64,000 bases of DNA from an uncultured Acidobacteriota bacterium (GTDB lineage Bacteria; Acidobacteriota; JAQAZP01): contig CAWIIB010000009.1 in assembly GCA_963836075.1 (NCBI GenBank), forward strand, positions 3,392,001-3,456,000, written 5' to 3'. Positions 28,208 to 38,403 of this stretch are shown piece by piece. Each line of letters begins with the position of its first letter. Within the stretch, counting starts at the first letter, position 1. A program made the position numbers and the translations under genes. The notes beneath the pieces were generated by a model. The model was not told the origin of the DNA and searched no databases. It was given only the letters and a program-made list of their open reading frames with translations.

Positions 28208-30811
28208 CTACGGCAAGTATGAAAGATGCTGATACGGGTTCCCCAGGGCGATCCGTGCCCCGGCCAGATAGCCGCCCTCTTCGAAGACCAGGAAACTCTT
28301 GCCCGTCACGAGTGCCAGTTCATTGCCGTCATAGTTCCAGGTCTTGACGTATGCCGGGTTGTCGGGATGGGGACCGGGAGCGGTGAGGATCTCGGCCACC
28401 CGGTCGTTGTCGACATCGCCGCAGGCCACGATACAGCCCTTGGAGTGAGGAAAACTGGAGTAGGCGATGAAATTCACCCCGGGGATCGGTTCCAGCACCT
28501 CGCCATCATAGTTCCACCCCCTGACGTGGGAGCTGAACTGAGTGCTGGGCCCCGGCCCGGTGACGATTTCCGCGATCCCGTCGCCGTCGATATCCCCACT
28601 GGCCACGTTGACTCCCCAGCGGAGGGTGCCATAGGCGAAGTAGCTCACCGCCGGGATCGGCACCGCAGAACCCCCGTCCACGTCCCAGCCCCGGACATGC
28701 GGTCCGAAAACGTCTCCGGGCCCGGCCCCGGTGATGATCTCATCGCTGTTGTCACCGTCGATATCGCCACAGACCACATTGACCCCCCAGCGGTTGGTGC
28801 CGTAGGCGAGGAAACTGACCCCGGGGAGCGGTGCGACAGAATCATCTCCATCCCATTGCCACCCCCGCACATGGGGCCCGTACACCGCACCCGGCCCGGC
28901 GCCGGTAACGATCTCATCAACACCATCACCATCAAGGTCGCCGCAGGCAACATTCACGCCGTATCGGGGTGTGGCATAGGCCTGGAACGAGGCAAGCCTT
29001 TTCCCCACTTCATCGAGCAGCAGGACACGGGCGGGATGATACGGCCCCGGCCCCGGGCCGGTCACGATCTCGTCATACCCATCGCCGTCAAGGTCACCCC
29101 CGGCGGTAACGAGGCCATAACCATCAACTAGGTACGGCAAGAACCTACCCGTCCATCCGTCATGATCAAACGGGTCATATAATCTCAGTTCCGGAGGATT
29201 GGTTGCATAGAGGCCAGGTGAGGCAAGAATCCTCGGCGGATTGAACAAAGCGCCGTCGGAGAGAATCACGTAGATTTCGCCGGCGCTGATTGCCCAGGCA
29301 TCGTCCTCCCGATCTGCATTTGGCGCACTGACTATCAGGTCGATCAACCCGTCTTCATTGACGTCCGTCATCTCGCTCAGTAAATGCATGCTGTCTGAAG
29401 GAAAAGAGCCGAGTGCCTTCATACTGGGGCTATTCGCGGACAAATCAACGGCCATATGGGAAGCGTAGTCGGGTGAGCCAGGAATTACGTATGCCACACC
29501 CTCATCTTGAAATCGCTCTCGGCATCTATAGCCGGCAATTACGAGTTCCTCGCACCCGTCACCATCCATGTCGCCTGCTTCCATATAAGTGCCAAGGTAC
29601 GCTTCCTCGACTTCGCCGATGATCTCCAGGTCCGCCTCCTCCGTTTCAAGGTCTAGGTAGAAATTAGCTGGAAAATCAGCACGGCCGAAAACCACGTATA
29701 CAACCCCTCGGTTTTCCGGCGTGGTTTCCCGCCAAGGCGAATTGAAACAAATATCATCGGTTCCGTCACCGTTCAGGTCGCAGACGGCAACCTCGTATCC
29801 GGTTCGAGAATAGTAGTGCGGACCCTTGATTTCGATGTCCGCCTGATCAATCGCCAAGTCAATCACGTGCTCATTGGGGAAACTGTCTGAGCCATATACG
29901 ACGTAGACGCGGCCGCAATCCTCCTCACCCACGGCGAATCCCGCCCCTGTGACGATGTCGTCGATGCCATCCCCGTTCACGTCCCCGGCCGTGACTCTGA
30001 GGCCCAATTGATCGGCGTATTCCACCCCGAAAATGGTGATGTCCGCGGGGGTCTGGAATATGTCGATGACAACGGGTGGATCGAAGGACTCTCTCCCGAA
30101 CACCACGTGGACAGCTCCGGTGGGTGTTCCGGAATGATTCCGGCCGAGGTATTCACCGATGAGAACGTCCGAAATGCCGTCGTTGTTTATGTCACCAGAA
30201 GAGATATCTTGTCCGAAATAGAAGCTGGAGGGGCCGCCGTCCTCATGCTTTATCAGAACATCCGGTGGATCGTCAGGTAATTGCAGGGTAGTCCCTTTTA
30301 CCCACTTTTCTGAACCAAAATAGCAGAACACGCAGTCATTACTGTCAAAGGAACTGAAAAAATCTTGCGTGTTGTCGCCGTTGAAATCGACGGTTAGTAA
30401 GGTGTGCCCCGGATAGATGGCGGAGTTCCCTGTTGATCCACCCAGAATAGTAACTTCTGGAATATCTGATAATAAGTCAATGAGAGTATTGAAAAGTGAT
30501 AGATCGGGATCGAGGAATATCGATATTTTACCGGTTCCTCCTGGGGAGCAAACGATGAAATCCCCTGTACCGCTTTGATCTAAGTCAAACCTTGAGAGGT
30601 AATTTATATAGTCATGCCGGCCCTCGCCTAATATTCGAAGGTCACCATTGATTTCACCCATGTCGTAAATGGTCTGTCCACAAAGATTAGCTGGGTGGAG
30701 AATTAGAAGGGGAAAAAGGAGGAGATGAAGAATACACAACAGCTTAGTTATGAGGCGCATCGTATGCAACCGTTGATATTCCTGCCAGTCAGCCATTTGC
30801 AGCATCTTCAT
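28208..30811 (-). CDS. Secreted FG-GAP/integrin-alpha-like repeat protein with a C-terminal GPGPG-type repeat module
   Basis: Hydrophobic signal (LLCILHLLLFPLLIL), GDINNDGISD and GDVNGDGIDD repeats, and five C-terminal GVNVA.GD.DGDG.DEIVTG.GPG repeats. Start may be 30760. Confidence 0.85.
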   Translation of the reverse strand: MKMLQMADWQEYQRLHTMRLITKLLCILHLLLFPLLILHPANLCGQTIYDMGEINGDLRILGEGRHDYINYLSRFDLDQSGTGDFIVCSPGGTGKISIFLDPDLSLFNTLIDLLSDIPEVTILGGSTGNSAIYPGHTLLTVDFNGDNTQDFFSSFDSNDCVFCYFGSEKWVKGTTLQLPDDPPDVLIKHEDGGPSSFYFGQDISSGDINNDGISDVLIGEYLGRNHSGTPTGAVHVVFGRESFDPPVVIDIFQTPADITIFGVEYADQLGLRVTAGDVNGDGIDDIVTGAGFAVGEEDCGRVYVVYGSDSFPNEHVIDLAIDQADIEIKGPHYYSRTGYEVAVCDLNGDGTDDICFNSPWRETTPENRGVVYVVFGRADFPANFYLDLETEEADLEIIGEVEEAYLGTYMEAGDMDGDGCEELVIAGYRCRERFQDEGVAYVIPGSPDYASHMAVDLSANSPSMKALGSFPSDSMHLLSEMTDVNEDGLIDLIVSAPNADREDDAWAISAGEIYVILSDGALFNPPRILASPGLYATNPPELRLYDPFDHDGWTGRFLPYLVDGYGLVTAGGDLDGDGYDEIVTGPGPGPYHPARVLLLDEVGKRLASFQAYATPRYGVNVACGDLDGDGVDEIVTGAGPGAVYGPHVRGWQWDGDDSVAPLPGVSFLAYGTNRWGVNVVCGDIDGDNSDEIITGAGPGDVFGPHVRGWDVDGGSAVPIPAVSYFAYGTLRWGVNVASGDIDGDGIAEIVTGPGPSTQFSSHVRGWNYDGEVLEPIPGVNFIAYSSFPHSKGCIVACGDVDNDRVAEILTAPGPHPDNPAYVKTWNYDGNELALVTGKSFLVFEEGGYLAGARIALGNPYQHLSYLP

Positions 30812-30838
30812 CTCCCCAACGTTTAGTTCATTTCCGAG

Positions 30839-33800
30839 CTACTCAACCGGCCTAATCATTACCGCATCGGAGATGAGTAGAGAGGATGGGTTGTAAAGCT
30901 CTGTCTGATCATGAGCAGAGCTAAGCTTAATCACGATGCTTTTCAAAGCCGGCTCCTGCAGCATAACTTCAATGGTTCCGATTGAAACAAAACCTTCATC
31001 ATCCGCTGCAGAGGAGTAGGTCGCTGAATCTGTTTGATCGATTACCGTGGTGATTAGCGGTTCGCCGAGATCCGCTTCGCCTGCCGGGCCCTCGAGATAG
31101 TCAGTGACAAAGACATCGTATCGAGCCGCGGCTGTGGCTTGCCTGGATGGAGGAAAGTGGGCCAACACTTCAAGCACCTCACTCTCTCCAGTGCTGAATG
31201 TATAATAGACACACGCCTCAGGATCTGAGATGGCTACCGCGTCCACGGTACCATTATATCCCGCGCTTTCGTAGGTCTGCCATCCGCTGCCGTAGCGCTC
31301 GTAGTGATCGCCGAGATACACCGAATCTGCTGTGCTTTCGCGGCTGGAAGAACTTTGTTCACCACCATCAATGTCGCCGTTGTCCACCTTGCGGTCGATC
31401 CAGAGTTTGAACACCATCAGGGCTTTGTTTGGCACGGTCAGGTAATCCTGGATACCGCTTTTTGGCCAATCACCGCCGATCCTCAATGCCCCTCCAAATA
31501 CTAGCAGTCGCTTGATGGAGTAATGCATGGAGTCGGAGCCCTCAGAAAACGACCAATCCTGAATGTATGGCCAATTGCATACCGATGGTTTCGGCGGGCA
31601 ATGAACCAGTTGTATCCCCTTGATGTTGCCGCTGCCCAACATGCGGAACTCTTTGGTGTTGTAGATGTTGAGGAACAAGCTCTTCTCCTTGTCTTCAAAC
31701 TCCAGTGGGCATTGGCCTGGAAAGTCGGAGCAGGAGAAATCCAATTCGCAGATTTCGAGTTCGTCTGTACTCCTCCAGTTCCTCGATCTCACCTATTGAC
31801 TTCGCTGCCGGAGTCCCAGTGGCCCCGATTTTCGCTAGATCGACGGTCGTCACCGTCAGGTCATCGTTGTTCAAAACCGTGAAACATACGGAGTCTCCCG
31901 GGCTGTTGCTGTCGCCGGTATCCCCGAAACGCTCCACACGAATTCCTGTTTCTGGTGTTACTCCTTCATAAAGGACCTCTATGTTGGTAATCGGCCGCCA
32001 TCCTGAGAGGTGAAGCTCCCGGAAGATATTGGTATAGCTCAGCCCATACTGAGGATCGGTTTCGAACAGAGGGAGTATGTGGCTGTCGAAGAAGTTGTCA
32101 TCAATGACTCTAAAGATATTGGAAATCGAAGGCATGAAACCCCAGGCAAGGGCCACCCAGGCGGCTTCGTTCACTATTTGGATCTGGAAATCGTTATAGT
32201 TTCCAGTACCCCACAGATTATCCCAGTTGGAACAACCGGAGGTTTGCCACACATCCAGGATGCAGTCTTTCAAGGGTACTTGACCAATGAGCCTTGCCAT
32301 GTTCTTGTCCCGAGCCATTGCCCGTCTGAAATTTTGAGCTTGTTCCGACCTGTTGAACCTATTGAAACCCTGTGCGATTCTGCTCTCGAAACCGCCTATA
32401 TCACAGTTCATAACCCCATATTTTGAGGCGCCAAACAGCGGTTCGTTGAAGTTGCCGGAGAGGATCTCATCTTCGATATGGGTTGGATTGCTTCCATCAC
32501 CAAAAGGGAAAACCGCATCGATCTCACCTAACTTGTCCTGCATGTCTTTCAGAAACAGCACATTTGCGGCCACTTGAGGAATTGCCGGTGCGAGATGGTT
32601 GATGCTGTAGGTCAATCTTCCACCAATGGCTACATATTTTGAAAGGCGGTTCGATGTCTGGTCGAGGTGGTTGGCATCGTACCTGGAGTAGAAGGCATTG
32701 TCGCATTCCATTCCTTTCAGGCCGGCAACGGTATCGTTGCTGACGTTGCCATAGGCGTCTCCGATATACAACCTCTCTTTAGCGAGCAAGTCCGCATCTC
32801 CGATATTGCTGTCAACCAACAGTGTGGGGAAGTTGTATTTCAACTTGTCTGACGAACCAGAGAAATCATCGATCCTCTGGCCGAACAAGGTTGTGCCGCC
32901 GGGAAGATGAAGAGCATTGTCTCGTTTGGCGAAATACATTTGCTCCCAAATTTGTCCGGCATGGGGCGGATCATCAACGGGGCTGTAGTTGGTCATTTCC
33001 AGGTCCAGGGTAGTGTACTGGTTCATGCTTGTGCCGGTGGGGTTGTGGAAAGAGGCCAGCCAGGGCTGCTCATAGACCAGCGTGCCGACGTGGATTGAAT
33101 TGAACAGATTAACCACTCCCTGCATCCAGGTCTGGTTGTCCACGCCGGTATACGGCTCCTGGGTATAGCGCAAGCCGTAGCCGCTAGCGTGATTGTTAAA
33201 AGTGTTCGAGACTAGCTGTGGGCTTCCCGAAACATTGATGACTTCGCCGTTGTAGAAGCCGCCGCCGAATTGCCAGTCATGGTCGGGATGACTTGATGGG
33301 AGTGTGGGGCGAGTGAAGTATTGCGGGAAAAATTCGACCTGGTATCTATTCGCTGCTTCGCGGAACGTCGATTTTTCACGCCAGGAGGTGTTGTCGCCGC
33401 GGAACAGGATAAAACTGAAGGGAGTTTCGTTGAGGTTGTTCAGCGTATTTTCAGGCAGAATCCCAAGGTTGAACTCAACATAGTAGAGTCCAGTATAGGG
33501 TGCGTCAGGCTGGAGCACCCGGTATCCGAAGTGCGAGACGGCAACGGTGTCAGCCGACAGATCATCCCCGAAGGAGATGCCGCGGAGGTACGTTGAATCG
33601 TCGATGGAGAGAGCGCTGAAGGGATACGAAGACATCATCGTGCCTTCGGTGTGCAGACTGAAAAAATCATCATTTGCGCTGTCGGGGTAGGCATGGTACT
33701 TGCTGGTCTGCCTCGGCCTCACATCGACGGGGCCGGCATTGCGGAAGGGAAGGATCTGGACGCAATCCCCGATAATCTCTGATTGACCCATGTCATCCCA

Positions 33801-34997
33801 CCAGGTGAGTTTCTGGTCAGTCTGGTGATAATCGATGGGCAGGGCGAAGCCCAGATCGAGGGCACGGGCCGGCAGGTCGTTTGATGGATTCAAATCAAGA
33901 TTCTTGATCACGCCGTCGATCAGCAGGTATCCGCCGCCAGTGGTTTGGATGGTATTGACGCTCGCCTTCATCTGGAGATTGGGCAAAACAGGGGTGCCGC
34001 CAAGTTCCTGAAGGAAGTCAAAATCCGTGTCATCTTCAGTCAGAAGGTCATCGGTTTTGACATGGACGATAGGCGGTGCCTTGTAGAAGGCGAAATTGTC
34101 GAAATAGACCGCGTTGTCCACGCCGGTGTTGGGCAGGTACCCCTCGACGATGACTCCGACCCTGACGTATGTTGCATCGAGCGGCCGGTAGGAGCGGATT
34201 CCGCAGGAAAGGAACTCATCAAGTCCCGGGTCATCCGATGAGGCCAGTCCCGTCGACTCCCACAGCAGGGCTTGAGTGTAACCAACGGCGGGCAAATCCC
34301 CAGGGGGAGAGGGGGTGAACGGAACGGATGTTGGTGCTTCAGAGCCTGTAAACCAGTCGATCCTGGAAATGATCTTGTGTTCGCCATGCTCATCGAGCGT
34401 ACCATCCGGGTGATCTTTGGAGCGGAAACCGCAGGCGGTGGCCAGGTCGAAGGAAAAGCAGAATAGATCATGGGTCGTGGGATTGGGGTAGAGGCCAAGC
34501 TGGCTGAGATGGATGTCCTGGTAGATGCCGATGAAGAAAGGGCCAGTGTCATCCTCTGGCAACACGAGTTTTGCGACGGTCGTTGATCCGGAAGTTAGCG
34601 TCAAATCGGCGCAGGTGATGTCAGGATCCACAAGAATATCGGTATCGATTGTCCAGACTTCTTCATTCAATAAACAGGAAGTGCAATCCGAATCGAAATC
34701 ACTGCAATCGAGCAAATTCCCGTGTGTGTCCAGGTTTCCAGGCAGCCCGGTTGTTGGATCGACTGTGTAATCCCGTATATAGAACCCGCCGCTTCCCGGA
34801 ATGCAGAAGTCCGGCTCCATGATGCCGATTTTCAGGTCCGTGACTCGCCCATTGGCGATGGTGAGTTCGAGGCCGTCGTCCGTCTCATGCCCATGGACGA
34901 GTGCTTTTGAACCGAGGGTAAAGGTCGGCAAGCTGACCATTATCATTAACAGGATGAATCGCGAGGCCTCGAACAAGTTGGCTGGCCTTGTGTTCAT
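30839..34997 (-). CDS. Large secreted hypothetical protein (~1385 aa if joined), putative glycoside hydrolase-like core with a golvesin/xanthan-lyase-CBD-like C-terminal domain; frameshift near 31770
   Basis: RBS AAGGAG and signal peptide at 34997. ORFs 31695..35024 and 30839..31792 overlap and read through at EELEE/STDELEICELD. The C-terminus AHFPP...AARYDV...IDQT...FVSIGT...IKLS...ISDAVMI resembles the golvesin-like domain. Confidence 0.6.
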
Positions 34998-35106
34998 TCG
35001 TACTCTCCTTGTGGGGGCTGACAATTCGAGGGCGTTCCTTCCACGACCGGATAGAAGCGTGGGGGCGCGCGGTTGTTGGGGGAAAGATTTTGGTGAGGTC
35101 CCGACC

Positions 35107-35147
35107 CCTGAGGCCTCAGGTGCAGGACGGACGGACGGACGGACGGA
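35107..35147. repeat. 14-bp palindrome followed by a (GGAC)5 microsatellite
   Basis: CCTGAGGCCTCAGG at 35107-35120 and GGAC x5 + GGA at 35125-35147. Confidence 0.8.
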
Positions 35148-35436
35148 TCTTATCTCTCCTTGATTCGGGTAAGAGGCGAGACTCGGCTGAGAACAAAGTT
35201 GTCATTAGCGTCATAATGAATATACAAGAAAGCATAGAAATGTGTGTTGTGGTTGTCAAGCGAATATTGAGGGTAACGGGGAAAATCTTTCGTTATGTGT
35301 CTGGGTTTTATTTTGAACCAGGAAGCGCTTAGTGCGTTTGATCCTGGCGAAGCGGGTGCATTTTTTTACCAGCTTGCATTTGGAATTGATCTGAGCGATT
35401 CTGTGGCGCATATATTCAAACCGGGGAGGGAGTTCA

Positions 35437-37383
35437 ATGAATCGGACCGTCTGTCTGCTGGCGCTGGTTGCGCTGGCTGTTGTCATCGTCTTGCCGGTGG
35501 AAGCCGGCGTTGAGCGCCGGGAGGAGGGGAACCTGGTGATCGAGGGGATACCGGAGATCCCCCAGCGGATCATCGACCGGATGTTCCAGTACCAGAGCAC
35601 CCGCGAAGCCTCGTTCCAGGACTGGAATCATGACGGGGGGATGCTGATCTCCACCCGGTTCGGGGAGACGGCACAGATCCACCAGCTGGCCGGCCCCGGG
35701 GCCGCCCGGCGGCAGATCACGTTCTTCGACGAGCCGGTGCGCGGCGCCGCGGTCTGTCCCGATTCCGCAAGAAACGGTTTTATCTTCTCCAAGGACGTGG
35801 GCGGCGCCGAGTCGTACCAGATCTTCTGGTTTGACCTGGAGACCGGGCAGTACGCCCTGATCACCGATGGAGAGTCGAAGAACGGCAGCCCCCTCTGGTC
35901 GAACAAGGGGGACCGGTTCGCTTTTTACACCACAAAGCGCAACGGCCGGGACTGGGACCTCCACCTGGCCGCGGTGGACAAGCCCGGTGAGTCGAAACCG
36001 ATCCTGGAGCTGGGCGGATTCTGGTTCCCGGTGGACTGGTCGCCTGATGACAGGCAGCTGCTGGCCCTGAGCTATGTGTCGGCCAACGAGTCGACCTACC
36101 ACGTCATCGATCTGGAGAGCGGCCGGATCACCCAGCTCAACCCCAGCGACCAGCAGATATCGTATGGCGGTGCCCTCTGGTCAAAGGACGGCAGGGGGAT
36201 CTACCTCACCTCCGACCAGGGCGGCGAGTTCAGCCGGCTGCAGTATTACGACCTGGCAACAAAGACCTTCACCGTGCTCACCGCGGATCTCAACTGGAAT
36301 GTCGGCGGTATGGATCTCTCGGAAAAGGGTGACCTGCTGGCCTTCACCGCCAACGAGGACGGCATCAGCCGGGCCTACCTGATGGATACCGCCGCCGGGA
36401 CCTACCAGCCGATCCCCGGGATCCCGGTGGGGCAGGTGGGCGGGTTCCTCTTCCACCCCGACGGCAAGCGGCTGGCCATGTCGATAGAGACCGCCCGGTC
36501 CACCACCGACGTCTACACTCTCGAACTGCAGTCGAAGGAACTGGTGCGCTGGACCTTCAGCGAGGTGGGCGGACTGAACACCGACGGCTTCGTCGACCCG
36601 CAGCTGGTGCACTTCGACACCTTCGACAAGGTGGACGGCAAGCCGCGGCAGATCTCGGCTTTCTACTACCAGCCATCCGGGAAGGGACCGCACCCGGTGG
36701 CGATCAATTTCCATGGCGGGCCCGAATCCCAGTACCGGCCCGGCTTCTCGCCGCTGGTGCAGTACTTCGTCAACGAGCTGGGCATCGCCGTGCTGGCGCC
36801 CAACGTCCGCGGGTCGTCCGGCTACGGCAAGAGTTTCCTGCTGCTGGACAACGGCTTCAAACGGGAGGACTCGGTGAAGGACGCCGGCGCCCTGCTGGAC
36901 TGGATCGCTGCGCGGCCCGAGCTGGACGCCGGGCGGGTGGCGGTGTTCGGCGGTTCCTACGGCGGCTACATGGTGCTGGCCGCCATGACCCACTACAACG
37001 ACCGGCTCAAGGCCGGCATCGACGTGGTGGGGATCAGCAATTTCGTCACCTTCCTCGAGAACACCAAGGACTACCGCCGGGACCTGCGCCGGGTGGAGTA
37101 TGGCGACGAGCGCGAACCGGCCATGCGCGAGCACCTGCAGAAGATTTCGCCGCTGACCCACGTGAAGAAGATCACCAAGCCGATGCTGGTGGTCCAGGGT
37201 CTCAACGACCCGCGGGTGCCGGTGGGCGAGGCGGAGCAGATCGTCGCGGCGATCAGGGAGAATGGCGGCACGGCCTGGTACCTGCTGGCCAACGACGAGG
37301 GCCACGGGTTCCGCAAGAAGAGCAACCGTGATTTCTACTACTGGTCGATGGTCCTGTTCATCGAAGAGCACCTGCTGAAGTAG
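35437..37383 (+). CDS. S9 family (prolyl oligopeptidase/acylaminoacyl) peptidase, secreted
   Basis: Signal peptide, beta-propeller, HGGPE, nucleophile GGSYGG, QGLNDPRV and EGHGF. Confidence 0.95.
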   Translation: MNRTVCLLALVALAVVIVLPVEAGVERREEGNLVIEGIPEIPQRIIDRMFQYQSTREASFQDWNHDGGMLISTRFGETAQIHQLAGPGAARRQITFFDEPVRGAAVCPDSARNGFIFSKDVGGAESYQIFWFDLETGQYALITDGESKNGSPLWSNKGDRFAFYTTKRNGRDWDLHLAAVDKPGESKPILELGGFWFPVDWSPDDRQLLALSYVSANESTYHVIDLESGRITQLNPSDQQISYGGALWSKDGRGIYLTSDQGGEFSRLQYYDLATKTFTVLTADLNWNVGGMDLSEKGDLLAFTANEDGISRAYLMDTAAGTYQPIPGIPVGQVGGFLFHPDGKRLAMSIETARSTTDVYTLELQSKELVRWTFSEVGGLNTDGFVDPQLVHFDTFDKVDGKPRQISAFYYQPSGKGPHPVAINFHGGPESQYRPGFSPLVQYFVNELGIAVLAPNVRGSSGYGKSFLLLDNGFKREDSVKDAGALLDWIAARPELDAGRVAVFGGSYGGYMVLAAMTHYNDRLKAGIDVVGISNFVTFLENTKDYRRDLRRVEYGDEREPAMREHLQKISPLTHVKKITKPMLVVQGLNDPRVPVGEAEQIVAAIRENGGTAWYLLANDEGHGFRKKSNRDFYYWSMVLFIEEHLLK

Positions 37384-37405
37384 TTCAGTGGGGTAAGGAG
37401 TGTGA

Positions 37406-38383
37406 GTGATGCCGAATCTGATCCGGCGGTCCCCGGCGGCCGCCCTGCTGGTCCTGTTGGCCCTCTGTTCTCCGGCGGCCCTTGCCGGCGGCGATGAGGG
37501 GCTCTTTTTCTGGGAGGTTCGCTCGGACAAGGCCACGGTCTACCTCCTCGGTTCGATGCACGCGGCCACCGCGGACCTCTATCCTTTGGACCGGGCGATC
37601 CGGAAGGCCTGGCAGCGGTCTCCGGCCCTGGTGGTTGAAGTCAATCTCGATGCCGTGGACATGAACGAGCTGCAGATGAACCTGCTCACCCGCGGGATGT
37701 ATGAACAGGGCAAGACGCTGAAGGACTCGGTCTCCGGGGAGACCTGGGAGCTGTTCGAGGGGTATCTGGAATCGAGGGGGCTTACCGCGGCCGGGTTCGG
37801 GTCGATGAAACCGTGGTTCCTCTCCATGGTGCTCACCGTAACCGAGATGACCCGGTCCGGCTACCAGGAGCAGTATGGCATCGACCGGCACTTCCTCGAC
37901 CTGGCCGCCGAAGAGGGCAAGAAGGTCCACGAGCTGGAGAGCGGCGATTTCCAGCTGGAACTGCTCTCCGGTTTCGACGACCGGATGCAGGAGCTCTTCC
38001 TGGTCACCACCCTCAAGGAGATCGAGGATTTCGACGCCCACATGAAGGAAATGGTTACCGCCTGGACCTCGGGCGATATCGCCTCCATGGACCGGCTGAT
38101 CACCAAGAGCTCCCGGGAGGACAAACGGCTGGAAGCGGTGATGGAAAAACTGATCTACCAGCGCAACGAGACCATGACCGGCAAGATCGTCGAATACCTC
38201 AGGGACGGCAAGAGCTGTTTCGTGGTGGTCGGGGCGGCGCACCTGGTGGGCCGGAGGGGGATTGTGGAACTGCTGCGCGGCATGGACAGTTCCACCTGGA
38301 AGGTCACCCGGGTGGCGCCCGCCGGCAGGGGAGAGCCGGAAGCGGTTCCGCAGCATGAGCCGGTGGCCGTGCCCTCCCGTTGA
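37406..38383 (+). CDS. TraB/GumN (TIKI-like) family protein
   Basis: Signal peptide and motifs YLLGSMH, VVEV, GID, ELES, QRN and VVVGAAHLVG. Confidence 0.9.
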   Translation: MMPNLIRRSPAAALLVLLALCSPAALAGGDEGLFFWEVRSDKATVYLLGSMHAATADLYPLDRAIRKAWQRSPALVVEVNLDAVDMNELQMNLLTRGMYEQGKTLKDSVSGETWELFEGYLESRGLTAAGFGSMKPWFLSMVLTVTEMTRSGYQEQYGIDRHFLDLAAEEGKKVHELESGDFQLELLSGFDDRMQELFLVTTLKEIEDFDAHMKEMVTAWTSGDIASMDRLITKSSREDKRLEAVMEKLIYQRNETMTGKIVEYLRDGKSCFVVVGAAHLVGRRGIVELLRGMDSSTWKVTRVAPAGRGEPEAVPQHEPVAVPSR

Positions 38384-38403
38384 CGGTCTCCAACGATCCA
38401 CCG

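Noticed and set aside
28200-35430. Prophage or integrative element
   Set aside because: No integrase, phage genes, tRNA target or att direct repeats were seen.
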